64,000 bases of DNA from Hydrolagus colliei. Lineage: Eukaryota. The stretch's first letter is position 1; every line of letters begins with the position of its first letter. The translations under genes were made by a program, and so were the position numbers. Of the stretch, positions 28,004-40,867 are shown piece after piece. Location of the stretch: NCBI GenBank assembly GCA_035084275.1, contig CM068746.1, positions 37,324,001-37,388,000 of the forward strand. The letters are read 5' to 3'. The notes under the pieces were generated by a model. The model did no database searches, was not told the origin of the DNA, and saw nothing but the letters and a program-made list of their open reading frames with translations.

Positions 28004-29729
28004 CTTTAAATACTGTTTGCAGAGAAATTCTCCTACAGAAACAAGGTGAAACAAAGAACCAATTCAACCTACAAATGTTCAAGTTGTGAATCAACACACT
28101 CCGAAAACATTTAGATTGATGAGATTTAAACAATCCCTTCCATGTGCCAAAACAATTTATTCCAAATAATTTCGAACGCTGAAAGTTTTACCAGTTAGTG
28201 GCCCAGGGCCTGGCAATTTTGAACCACTAAGAATCAATCAAAGGCATTCAATTCTGTCAATCAGAAGATTGATTAAAATGCTGATGTTGTAAAAAGAACC
28301 TCTCATCAGAAGATTGACAGAACATAGGAAATGTTGCATAATGTGGTACTACGGTCCCTCCTTTAAATATTTATGCTGGTTGACTCCTAAACATCTAAAC
28401 TGGAGTTTAAGTGCAATTAACAAGCCTTCATTTTAAAGAAGAAAATAGCATACAATTGCTCTCCTTATGCTTCCTCTGAGGGGTCATATGTGGCAGTCTA
28501 AGGGCAGCACACTTGGTAACAGAGACAAGAGTCCCAGGTGCAAAGGAACAGGACATACATTACAGTAAAACCTTGATAATCCGACATACTGAATGCCTGC
28601 AACTCTCTAAAACGGGCAAGATTACAAAATACAAACAGCATTAATTTTTTCCCGATGTCTGGAAAATCCCCCTTTTTTAAATTAAAAAGCATATTTTTTT
28701 TACCCACACACAATAACAGCGGGCATTCATAGAGCGCCTTTCACGTCAGGAGGACATCCCAAGGCGCTGGACACTGAAAGGTTTGCAACTGAGCTGGGGG
28801 TTGGCATGAATTGTTTTTGGTCAGGCAGGAGACGCACCCTGCTTACCTAATTCCTGAAAGTTTTAGGCGCAGGTTGCCAAGAGCCAAGGCTTAGGGAACC
28901 CAAGAGCGTGCGCTGGGGGGCAACTGCTGGAGTCCAACCAGCTAAAGCTGCATAGCTTGCCATTGATATCGTTGTCTGGCAAGGTTTCCCGCTGCTTGTC
29001 CAGTTAGAACCACCTCACCAGTTAGGGATTTGGCTTCCATGGTTAACAGGAGCTGAGTGGGAGGATAACAACAATAACTTGCACATATATAGCGCCCTCC
29101 ACGCCTGGTACCGTCTCAAGAGCACTTAACAGTGGAGGAGCCTGACTCCAAGCTGGGTGGGCGGTGGGGGGGGAGGTGACCATAAGCACAGTCAAAGAGG
29201 AACAAAATGCAAGGATAATAATAATCCTTGTATTTGATATAGCACCTTATCACGTCTTTGAGACGTCTCAAAAGCCCTTCACAGGATATCCTGTAAAGTG
29301 GAGTGACTGTGTGTTTTGTGGGCGAAACGCAGTGACCAATTCCACGCGGCAGAATCGCACAGACAGCCGTGGACTGAATTGACCGAGTTATTATTATTGT
29401 TGTTGTTGTTGTTAGCATTATTATTATTATTATTATTATTATTTTGGAGGGATTATTACCTCCAGGAACAGCGATTCCCTGCCCCCCCCCCCCCACCGAG
29501 TGAATGGTCTGACCTTCCAGGTCCGGTCGATGAGCCAGGCAGTGCAGGACAGAGCTGGGACTGGGCAGAGGCTGGGGTAGGGGTAGGGGCTGGGGCAGGG
29601 TCTTGAAGCGCTCTGAGACGCGGTCCGGCGTGGAGGGCACTATATAAATGAGAGTTGTCGTTGTTGTCTGGGCTACGGGCTGGGCAGAGTCTGGGCTGGG
29701 GTAGGGACTGCAGTAGGGGCTAGGGCAGC

Positions 29730-29905
29730 TCTCACTCACTCACTCACTCGCTTCCTACCTCGCCGGTTGTCACGGCAACGCGGAGGCCCTTCGCGCCAAA
29801 CTGCCTCCCTCGTGAACTCTCACCCCCGCCTCCCCCCCCCACACCCCGAGGAACAGATTGGGGGGAGTGCGCACGCGTCAGGCGAGGAGCGCGGTGCGCA
29901 CTGGT
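29730..29905 (-). promoter_or_regulatory. ORC5: ORC5 CpG-island promoter and probable non-coding exon 1
   Basis: CpG-rich patch upstream of the acceptor-bearing ATG exon. Candidate donors GAG|gtagga (exon end 29759) and CGA|gtgagt (29748). E2F-type site TTTGGCGCGAA (29790-29800, minus), RFX X-box-like GTTGTCACGGCAAC (29766-29779), NRF1-like GTGCGCACGCG near 29867. Confidence 0.75.
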
Positions 29906-31084
29906 CCTTGTAGTTCTTCTTGCTGTTGTAGTTTCCATTTACAGCCCAGTTGCTGCAAAGGGCAAAATGCTGGAAATCATAATATTGATACTGTAATGAG
30001 ACTAACAACAACAGCAATAATAATCATCATAATAATGCTTCCATTTGATACAGCTACGTATCCCATCATATTGTTATCATCATGCATTTCACCCACAAAT
30101 TATACAGTCAATTCATTTTACAGCATATTCTCTGAAGCACTTTGAGACGTCTCGAAGACGTGATAAGGCGCCATATCAAATGCAACACTTATTGTTTTGA
30201 TGATAGAGACATCTCAAAGGTCTTCACACGGTGCGACAACAACAATGTTATGTATGTATCGCGCCAATGAAATATTTCAGCCAATGCAATAAATGTTCTT
30301 GATATATGGACATACAATAAATATCACCATGAAGTAGCTATTGGAAGCAAAACATTGATCTCAAGCACTCTGGAACGCTAGCCGGCATGAGGAGGGCTAT
30401 ACAAATGCAAGTTATTGTTGGTTGATTTGAAACAGTTAAGAACACTTTGACAAATACAATAGTTTGGCAGTTAACTTTGTGACAGTCCTGTAGGCTACTT
30501 CCAAATAAAATACTTTCTTAAAAATTCACTTTATTTTGGCCACTTCCAAATAAAATACTTCCAAATAAAATACAAATACATAATAATAATAATCCTTGCA
30601 TTTGATATAGCACTTTTCACATCTTATCGATGTCCCAAAGCGCTTCACAGAATATACTGTAAAGTGGATTGACTGTATATTTGTGGGCGAATCGCGGCAG
30701 CCAATTGCGCACAGCAGTGTCCCACAAACAGTCGTGGATTGAAATGACCCATTTTATTATTGTGTTTTTTTTGGACAGATTATTATTACTTCCAGTTGGC
30801 CACCACTGCAGTAGACTATGGCCTCAAGTCCCAATATGGGGTTTGAACCCACGACCATGCAAACAAATGGAAGTGAACCATTTTGATTCCATTTTCCCCA
30901 TTCCATACACACACACACACACAGCAAAAACAGAAAATGGCATCAGATGCAGACTCGCAGTAGTGGCCAATGTTTTAATTTCACTGAAGTTTTCATGAAA
31001 CAGTTTGTTGAATGCCAAGTTATATTTTTGGGCATAAGATTCTAACATCTGCTGAGTGTAATAAACAGAACATGTTTACAGGCG

Positions 31085-31470
31085 CAGTGACACAACAAGA
31101 AAATTAAATTTGTTGAGAGCCTTTCATATTGAGAGGGTGTCCCAAGACACTGAACAATGAGAGATCAGGAACCGAGCATGGGGGTAGTGGGGTGCAGGGT
31201 TGGGATGAGGGAGGGCAGAGAGGAAGGAGGACGGCTGAAGGCACAGTCGAAAGGGAAGGTCTTGAGACCAGCCTTGAAGGAGGCAAAGGAGGGAGCAAGG
31301 CAAAGGGATTGTGGGATGGAGTTCCAAAGAATGGTGGAAGAGAGGCTGAAAGCCTGGCCCCCAATGATGGGGCAGGTCGGGCAAGAGACATGGAGCAGGC
31401 TGGAGCCTACTGAACAGAGGGTGCACATGGGTCGAAAGGGGTCAGCAGGTCAGAGAGATAGGATGGGGCA
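31085..31470 (-). mobile_element. L2 LINE 3' end
   Basis: GGQAFS...LWNSIPQSL...FKAGLKTFPFD. Confidence 0.8.
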
Positions 31471-31696
31471 GCACATTTTACATCAGATCAATTAGTATCT
31501 AAAAGTCAAAATGCAGTAGTTCAATAATAGGCCAATACTGTAATTAAATTAATACATAGTTTAATTCAAATAGTTTACTTTAAGAACACATTTCAGGTCT
31601 GCCCCATTAACAAAACTGATAATGCATCAGATTGAAACATTATCCTAAGTTTCTCATTCCAACATTGGTATACTGATTGATAATGCTTTGCATTTT

Positions 31697-32015
31697 GTGG
31701 AGCACCTGTAGCTCAGTGGTTAAAGCACTCGCCTTACAACCTGTGTTCGAATCCAGGCAGGTCAGGGCGAAACCATGGGCAAGTTTCCTTTCTCCACATG
31801 CCGAATAATAATCCCTCCCCAAACAAACACAATAATAAATATTGGTCATTTCAATCCACAACTGTTTGTGGGACACTGCTGTGCGCAATTCATTGCCGCG
31901 TTTCTCCCACAAATATACAGTCAATTCACTTGCCAGTATTTTCTGTGAAGCGCTTTGGGACGTTGATAAGATGTGAAAAGCGCTATATCAAATGCAAGGA
32001 TTATCATTATTATTA
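31697..32015 (+). mobile_element. tRNA-derived Deu-type SINE, full length
   Basis: gtagctcagtggtt...gttcgaatcc...gctgtgcgcaatt...tgcaaggattatc. Confidence 0.85.
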
Positions 32016-34569
32016 TGTTGTGCTTGTGTTACATTTCCAAAGTTTCAGAGATTTCACCACCAACAACTGAAACTCTGAAGAAAGTTGTTGTGTGACCTTG
32101 ACGTCTTCCCAATGTGAAACGTGATAATCAAACGTAATTTTGTTGTTGTATTTTGTAGCATTGCAAAATATTTTGTGGAGCGCAGTTCTTACAGCAGATT
32201 AGCTCGCTGGTGAATGTGATGCAAACCCTGCCATTCCTCCTCCTTAGTGTGCTGTGATATCACTATTGAGACCTTGACAGACACCCAGGCAACATCTGAA
32301 GGGAAATGTTGGTGTTCTTTCACAGGTATCTGCCTCACAGAGCTTTCTGAGGATCTAGCCGACACAAGTAGTCTAACATGCTCTCACAATTCAGAAGATA
32401 GTAATCCTTAAATTTGATACAGTGCTTTATCAAGTCAAAATGTCACAGCACAGTTGTTTGTAAAATGCAGTGTAGTGATTGTATATTTATAGGTGAACGC
32501 AGCAGCCAGTTTGAGAAGAGCAATGTTTGACAAACAACCATAGAGTGCGTTTTTGTACGGATGCAAAATTTGCAACATTTGCCAACCTGCGTGGATTGTA
32601 ATAACCTTTAAGGAACAGTAAAGCAATGCAAAATTCCTGCTTTACTCCGCAGCTCTACAAAGAATCCGAACATCAAAAATTTCCCCCAAAACTAATATCT
32701 TGTGATGTATTTTTAATACAATCTCACCCCTGGCAACAATAGCAAAACTGCTGAATTCTGTTGTTGAATTGCGCTGCAAAAAAAGCATAGTGCTGCGTTT
32801 TGAGTCACTCTCGGGATCTTGTAAAACTGAGTGTGACAAGGTGTGAAATACTGTACTAATATAATATTTGATTTTTTCCAAACACAATGACATGTCTCAC
32901 ACTCCCCGGTCTCATGCAATCATCATTGTGTCGCTAGCTTTTCCAGTTGGTTATATTTCTGAGAGTAAAATTTCATCATGTGCTAATACCGTTATTTCAA
33001 AAACTCCCCACAATATGCTGTGCGTAAATGATTGCAAATATATGCAAACCACTTGTAATCATGCATCAACAAAGGCTGGAAAGAGAACGGCAGAACAATC
33101 AAGAATGCATTCTCAGTGGGAAGTCGGGGGAAATGCAAATCTACAGAATTTAACAGAATCCGAGCAACAATGGAAGATGGAATCAGAAATAGCTCGTCAC
33201 ACAGCTAGGGAGTCAAGCAAAGGATCCAGTGCAGAAAAATTAAATGAAGGCTCACGACAGTTATATGTGAAATTAGTCACTGTTTCCAGTATGAATACAC
33301 TTTATTCTTATGGTGCGTGTGGTGTGGGCCCTGTATCTGGAGGAAATAGAAGAATTTAATTATTAAATCCATTTGTACTTCACGGGACAAAAATGGGAGA
33401 ATAATTTGCGATGTCTTGATGAAAGACGAAAAGTACAATCCCTGGATGAATTTCGTGTTGCACATCGGATGTCCGTTCTCAGACAGAATTCAGGAGCGAT
33501 GAGATACAAGCTGGGAAGGGGTTGTAGGAAATGAGGAACGCCCTGCCACTGAAAGCAAGATTTTTGGGATAAGAGAAAAGGCAAGAGAAAATGAGTAAAA
33601 GGATGCAATATGGTTTTAAAAAAATGGAATAAGCCCAATGAACGATAAACCACTTCTTTTCGCCCACAAAATACACAGCTGATCCCCTTTACTATATATA
33701 ATGTGAAGTGCTCTGAGACATCTCAATGACATGATAAGGTGATATGCACCTAACGAAAGGATTGTTATTATTTATAGTATTACTTTTGAATCATAGAATC
33801 CCACACTGAAACAGACCATTCGTTGGGTTACTGGTCTACATAGAGTATGTTTCTTCATATGATCCACCTGTCCCACTCTCTTGTTTGCTCCCTCTATCCT
33901 CTAGTATATTGGCAACACAACAACAACAACAACAAAATTACAGTTGTACAGCGCCTTTCACGTCAGGAGGACGTCCCAAGGTGCTGGACAGTCATTGTTT
34001 CAGACCCGAGCTGGGGACAGGGAGGATGGAGGGAAAGGGGAAATGGCAATCCCCATTACAGCAGGATCATCTGGATCAAATATTTCAGACATATTAAAAA
34101 GGAGCATTAAAAACTGCCCGACTTCAAGTTGGCAAGACTGGCAAAGAGGGAGGGCAGTTGGGAAAGAGGTCAAAACTGTGGCAGAACAAAAAATAATAAG
34201 AGAAAGATACCAAAGGCCAGTGTAGTTCTGAATAAGCAAATGCTGAGATAGAGAATCAATTACTCAGACTATGAGTATATTAAATAATAATAATAATCCT
34301 TGCATTTGATATAGCGCTTTTCACAGCTTCTAGACATCTTAAAGCGCTTCACAGAATATACTGTAAAGTGAATTGACTGTACATTTGTGGGCGAAACGCG
34401 GCAGCCAATTGCGCACAGCAGAGTCCCACAAACAGTCGTGGATTGAAAATATTAAACACGATACAGATTAGATTTGATGCAGACTTGGTTAGGCACCTCA
34501 TTTTCCTTTCCACTATAAATCATAAGTAAATCATTTTCTGCATGTATGTATTTCCGTGTGCATGCATCC

Positions 34570-34892
34570 GTGGTGTTCTGTAGTTCAGTGGTTAGAGAAA
34601 TCGCATCGCAAACAAGAGACCTGGGTTCGATTCCCAGTAGGGTGAAACCTTGGGCAAGTTTTCTTACTCCACATGCCTGACAACAATCCCTCAAGAAAAA
34701 CAAATAATAAATTAGTCACTTCAATCCACAACAGTTTGTGGGACACCGCTGTGCGCAATGTGGCTGTCACTTTTCACCCGCAATTATACAGTCAATTAAC
34801 TGTACAATATATTCCGTGAAGCAATTTGAGATGTCTAGAAGACGTGAAAAGTGCTATATCAAACGCAAGGATTATATTTATCATCATTATTA
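34570..34892 (+). mobile_element. tRNA-derived Deu-type SINE, full length
   Basis: A/B boxes, core and (TTA)n tail. Confidence 0.85.
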
Positions 34893-34927
34893 CGCCACAA
34901 AATACAGTCTATCCACTTTACAATATA

Positions 34928-35145
34928 CAGTAAAAGCCCATTTATCTGGCACCCTCTGGACCTGGTCAATGCCAGTTAAACGCGTGCCGGATATTTGGCC
35001 GAAAACACACAAAAAAAAAGAATTAAAAAAATAATAATACATTGTGCCGGATAAATTCCAATTAATCGAATGGGGACCTTTTTTGGAGGTGCTGGTTATA
35101 CCAGAGTTACGGTTGATCTGGTCACGGATAAACGGGCTTTTACTG
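34928..35145. mobile_element. Short Tigger-like MITE (same family as 7981-8696) nested in a SINE
   Basis: TIRs cagtaaaagcccatttatc / gataaacgggcttttactg with TA target-site duplication; SINE tail resumes on both sides. Confidence 0.85.
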
Positions 35146-35804
35146 TACTGTACTGTGAAGCGATTTGAGATGTCTCAACAACATAAAAATCTGTCGTGGC
35201 ATTTCTGTTGTAAATTTAAAGCACCCTTGTTCACAAACATTTTCCATTGTTTGTCATGGTTTTGTCAAGTCAAGAAATGCTGCGGATAATTAAACCTTTG
35301 CGGCAGCATATCACAACAACGAGGAATTATGGTTCTGATGTTTTGATCATCCGTTAATTATTGTAGCATTTCGTGACCTGACACTGCTTGATGGAAAACA
35401 AATAGAATTGGAGCAAGAAAATAAAAGGGTGCAAAGAAAGGACAGGTAATTGGGACTACAATATAGAGCTCCAGTGATTCGACGAGTTCACCTACAAACT
35501 CATAGTCGTTATGCTTTACGTTTACGGTAAAATCCTGTGACATGCTTTGAGACTTGGGACGTCCTCCCGACTTGAAATGCGCTCTATAAATATAATTTGT
35601 TATTGTTGAGACATTCTAATGATATATTGACACTATATCAAAGGCAAGAAATATTATTATTAGTTAGCAATGCTGATGGCATCCAGTAGGTCATGGACAA
35701 CACGAAAACCCTAAATACACATTGCAAATAACAAGAGTATGACCACTATCATGAGGTGATGGTAAAATACCAGTTTAAATTTCGGAGCTGAAATTAATGA
35801 CAAG

Positions 35805-36310
35805 ATAATAATAATCCATGCATATTTATATAGCGCCTTTTCACATCTTCTAGACGTCTCAAAGCGCTTCACAGAATGTACTGTAAAGTGATTTGACTGT
35901 ATATTTGTGGGCGAAACGGGGCAGCCAATTGCGCACAGCAGTGTCCCACAAACAGTGTCCTCTGGTGAACCATTATTTTATTAGGTCTTCAAATCGCAAG
36001 GTAGTACAGGAATTTTTAAAGAGGTATGAGTAATGAAAAATGTGCTGATAATTGCATCAGTCAGGCATCAGACATAAGCAAAAATACTGCTGAATGCTAC
36101 AGTACAAATTATTAAATTTAGCAGCCAATTGCGCACAGCAGTGTCCCACAAACAGTCATGGATTGAAAGGACCAATTTTATTATTGTATTTTTTCTCGGA
36201 TGGATTATTAGTAGGTGTGTGGAGTAAGTTCAAAGTTTCGCCCTGACCTGCCTGGATTCGAACACAGGTCTCACGCTTGTAATAGCGAGTGCTCTAACCA
36301 CTGAGCTACA
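35805..36310 (-). mobile_element. tRNA-derived SINE with internal insertion and 36-bp duplication
   Basis: Consensus interrupted at 35957-36120. Confidence 0.8.
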
Positions 36311-38269
36311 AAGATAACAGGCTGTGTTGAAATTGAAATGGTGCAGTCGGCTCCCTCCCTGTAGCCCTTTATTGTTTGACACAATAAGAAGAAGCGGCGT
36401 CGGTGTGAAGTTGTTGGGTCTGACCTCGATCCTATCTCGCAAGCAGGCACCACGTTTGACATATTATGGGCCAGCTTCAGTTGAAATAAATGAACCTGGA
36501 AAAGAGCAAGTCCTCAGAGAGCTCCAGTGCCCAGGGTGTTACTGGCTCAGTGAAGTGTTTAGTTGTGACAAAAGAAAAATATTCCAGCTGCTGGGCGGTA
36601 CATGTTATTTATTTCATGTTCCTTAGCTGTTTCTGACCCATCAGGATTTGCTCGACTGGATGCGTTTTAACGAATGAGTGTGCTACCCGCAGATGTTTAT
36701 GTCTTGTTGATCAGTCTATGATTTGACACAATCACAATGTACATCTTATCTCCCTGTTGAGTATTGACACTGTTTGTTGCAAAGGCAGGTGACAGCATAC
36801 TACTGGAAAAAACAAATACCGGTATGCTATGAACCGTATATTCACACACTAACCATGGACGTTCACTCTCACTCTCAACACCAATTGTCCAAGCACCTGA
36901 TATGGGGTATTAGAATCAATCAATGTTTGTGTCATACACATCTTACTTCTTTTTTTGCTGTGGCAACATTATCCTCTGGAGATCTGGTGAACTTCTGCTG
37001 ATAATTTCTCTCGTCCTCTTTCAAGCTGTTAAGAATGATCACTGAGTCGGTTTAGTCAAAATACCTATTGTTATTCAATAGGAGGCAAAGGTGCTGGAAT
37101 CAATCTGCTTAAGAAGGGTAGCTATTTAAATTGGATTCTTTCATGCTTGTGTTCAATGCAACACATTTAATTTGGCTGCTGCCTTGGCTTCCAGATGTAT
37201 TTTACAGCTCTGACAATATTCTATGTATATTGTATCCCTTATTTGCAAATCAATCAGAGATGAACCAACAAAATGATACCAATCTTGGAAGAATCACGAT
37301 TATGTGATGCATGAAAACAGTGTGTCCTTGCCACAGTTCCTTGTACTGTGGTTTAAATGATTAACAATTGTGTTAACAATAATTATCCTTGCACTATACA
37401 AATGTAATTTTGTTGTTGTAGTACCTTATTACACGATGAGACGTCTCAAAGCACTTCATGGGATATTCATTCATTTCACCCCCAAAATATTGACTATATT
37501 TTGGGGGTGAAATGCTAACAGTTTAATAACAACAACAACTTGCGCTTAGATAGCACCCCTCAAGCCGGGCAGTGACCCAAAGTGCCAATAGTCATTGCCT
37601 TGAACCTGCCTGATTATTCACGTGCTGACACATCATTACTAACATATCTAAATACAATACAGATTGCACCACTGCATCACATTAAAATGTAGGATTTTCT
37701 TCACAAGCATATCATAGCAAAAAAAAGATTGTGCTCTGTGTGTTGGGTTTGAGTCTGAAATAATCACTTCTACAGTTGCATAAAGTCTTTGTAGCTAACA
37801 GGAACTGGATTCTCTGTAACATTAATTACAGTACTTCATTCTTAGTCACAGCATATTGAATCTTGTAGTGGCATCCTGTAACGGAAATGATTATCTTAAA
37901 TGGGAAATATGTTGACCTTGTTTTATATGGAAAATGGCAGAATCTCACTTACAATCTAATCACTATGAATATGCATTATTAAATATATGACACCCTCGTC
38001 CTGTTGGTTAAATTAAAGCTCTGTAAGACAAATGCGTAAACTATTGCTTTAAGGATTACCGAACGTATAATTTGTCAAAAATGTCAGTTGCTTTCCCTGG
38101 AGTACATTCACAGACCACATGGTTCTAATTCATCACCTTACCAAAAGAATAATTTTAAAATACAGGTAGGATTTCTACACAAGCATAATGATATGCTTGT
38201 CTAAAAATGCTATGTTTTAATGCGATGCACTGATGGATTGGATTTAGACATGTTAATAATATGAATACT

Positions 38270-38685
38270 ACTACTACTAATAATAATAATGCTTGCATTC
38301 GATACAGCGACTTATCATGTCTTGGAGATTCCTCAAAGCGCTTCACCGAATATACTGTAAAGTGAATTGACTACATATTTTGTGGGCGAATCGCAGCAGG
38401 TAATTGCGTACGGCAGTGTCCCACAAATAGGGATGGATTGACTTACCAAAATTCTAAATTCTAATTTGAAATAATTATTATGTTTTAAAAATCAATGGGA
38501 TGGTGACCCACAGAAAAGCAATCCGCCCACCGACCAGCAACTGAGTTCCTACTTACTGCTGGGTAAACCTAAACGTGTGGAGGAAGGAAACTTGCCTAAT
38601 ATTTTGCAATGCCGGGAATCAAACCTGTGTCCGCTCACTTGTGAGGCCAGTGCTGTAACCAATTCGCTGCAGGACTCCACACAAC
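38270..38685 (-). mobile_element. Longer subfamily of the tRNA/Deu SINE
   Basis: Extra internal segment (aactgagttcctacttactgctgggtaaac); related segments near 26020-26050, 51450-51495, 56910-56945 and 57445-57520. Confidence 0.75.
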
Positions 38686-40249
38686 AAAAGTCGGGCAGGC
38701 TCCAGGTCAATGACTATTCCAACTTAAGGCAAGTCAAACTTTTAAAATAGTAAATATTCTGCCTGGACCTGGCGGGGCTTAGACACACAGTGACTTCCGG
38801 GTGACATTGGTATTTGTATTTCTAGTACAGATAGAAATATTGCTGGTGTCACACTATGACCTGTGTTTAAACTTCTTGGAATCAATGCTGCAGAGAAATA
38901 ACCAGAGGGAATAATATATAAGATAAGCATCAAACAGATTGAATATGCAATTTATTTTAATGATATTCTTTTCCTAGCATCTGACTTTCAAAATGTGTTC
39001 TTTTTCCTTCCCAAATCCTGTCACAATAGATTTATGTCTTAGATAAGTTTTGCAATATGCAGGCAAAATGGACAGAGACACATTACGGATATGAGCTTGA
39101 ATCAACCAGCAATGTTAGTCGAAGTAAAACATCACTGACAAACACTGAAAGGAAAGAGGTTCATTGTTTTAACAACAACAACAAATTACATTTATATGGG
39201 GGCCTTCACATTGAAAAGACATCCCAGCACTTTATTGTATCAAAATACCTCCACGTTTTATAGTATCCGCTCCTTCCCCTTCCCACTCAGCTCCCAACCC
39301 CAGCTTGGGTGCCCATCGAGCTATCCCAATATGAAAGGTGTTATACAAATGTAAATTATACAGTAATTACTGACGTGTAATCACAGTTCTTATAGACAAA
39401 TGTGGTAGATGCACAGCAAAGTCTCACAAACGGCCATGAGATAAATCATCAATCTCTCTGGAGGATAGTTGGCCAGGACTATCTTTCAGAATAGTGTTAT
39501 GGACTATTTGAAGTCCATCTGACGAGGCAGATGGGACCTTGGTTTAACACCTCATGTTAAAGGCTACCTCATACAATGCAGATCTACAACAGAGTTGCAC
39601 TGGAGTGACAACCAACAGCTCTTGTTTTGCTGACATGTTTCTTCCCAATATTTGCTGTGTTTCCATGTCTGGTCTGGGTTGACTCAAGGTTAGTGCTTTG
39701 CTCTCTCTCTCAACATAAATAATTCTGAAATCTCCTCATGGCCTGTGATCATTTGCTCTGTTTTGACTCATTGCGTCGTTTTAGGTGATCCAACCAGTGA
39801 ACCAGGCACAATATCTATGTTGGATGAACCACTTAACCACCAGTTAAGTGGTAAAAGCACCATCATTCAATTAAACACTTTGATATTGAGACCCAGAAGA
39901 CACAAGTTCCTATTGCTATTCCTGTGCTATGCAGTTTTAACTGGTTCGACTCCAGTAGTTACCCCAATGCACACTCTGGGATCTCAACTCCAACCTGTGC
40001 CTCATGCTCTTTGGTATGAGCTAAGTAGGATGTGACTCTCCAGGGAGAGTGTGCACATTCCAAGCCAACAATCTCTCTCTGGATGCATGGAAATCTCGGT
40101 TTGGTTTAGATACTCTTAAGCATTTCTTTTGTCAACCAACGTGTCTGCTACGTGCAGAAACCCATCACACTATCTAGTAGGGCTTTAGGCTTGAGGTATA
40201 ACAGGAGCTGAGTGGGATGACTCCCCACCCCAATGACAGACCTGCCGAG

Positions 40250-40533
40250 GTGTGAGACCTGTGTTTGAATCCAGGCAGATTAGGGCGAAACCTTGGGCAA
40301 GTTTCCTTACTCCACACACACTAATAATAATCCGTCCCCCCAAAAAAACCCACAATAATAAAAAATGGTCATTTTCAATCCATGATTGTTGTGGGAGACT
40401 GCCGTGCGCAATTGGCTGCCACGTTTCACCCACAAATAAACAGTCAATTCACTCTACAGTATATTCTGTGAAGCGCTTTGGGACGTTTAGAAGACGTGAA
40501 AAGCGCTATATCAAATGCAAGGATTATTATTAT
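40250..40533 (+). mobile_element. tRNA/Deu SINE (5'-truncated)
   Basis: Family consensus. Confidence 0.85.
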
Positions 40534-40852
40534 CTAGGACCTGATGTCTGACGGACAGTCTGTCAAGGACAGCAGTGGTCCTGGAGTTGAGGGTGGAGGC
40601 AGAGAGATAGAGTTGGCTGTCATCCGCATGCATGTGGAAATTGACCCCATGTCTGCAGATGTTGTCACTGAGAGGTTGCACGCAGATGTTGAAGAGGAGG
40701 ACAGAGCCCTGAGGAACGTCACATGGGACGGTGCGGGGGCTGGAGGAGAAGCTGTTCGTGGTGTTGTAGTGGAAACTGTGTGAGAGTTAGGATCCAAACC
40801 ATTTAAGGACAGAACCGTGAAGGTCGAGTTGGAGAGGAGAGAGGAGGCAATG
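40534..40852 (-). mobile_element. L2 LINE reverse-transcriptase fragment
   Basis: Minus-strand GVNFHMHADDSQLYLS (decayed YADD motif). Confidence 0.75.
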
Positions 40853-40867
40853 TTAATAAGAACAATA

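Noticed and set aside
29116-29739. 207-aa minus-strand ORF, and similar ORFs such as 8542-9066, 8955-9440 and 60868-61431
   Set aside because: Concatenated SINE/LINE/microsatellite sequence with no protein-like homology.
30496-30575. Triple acttccaaataaaatac repeat
   Set aside because: Short slippage duplication with no evident function.
35921-36156. 36-bp direct repeats resembling a CRISPR unit
   Set aside because: Only two copies, a 164-bp spacer, the repeat is SINE core sequence, eukaryotic context and no cas genes.
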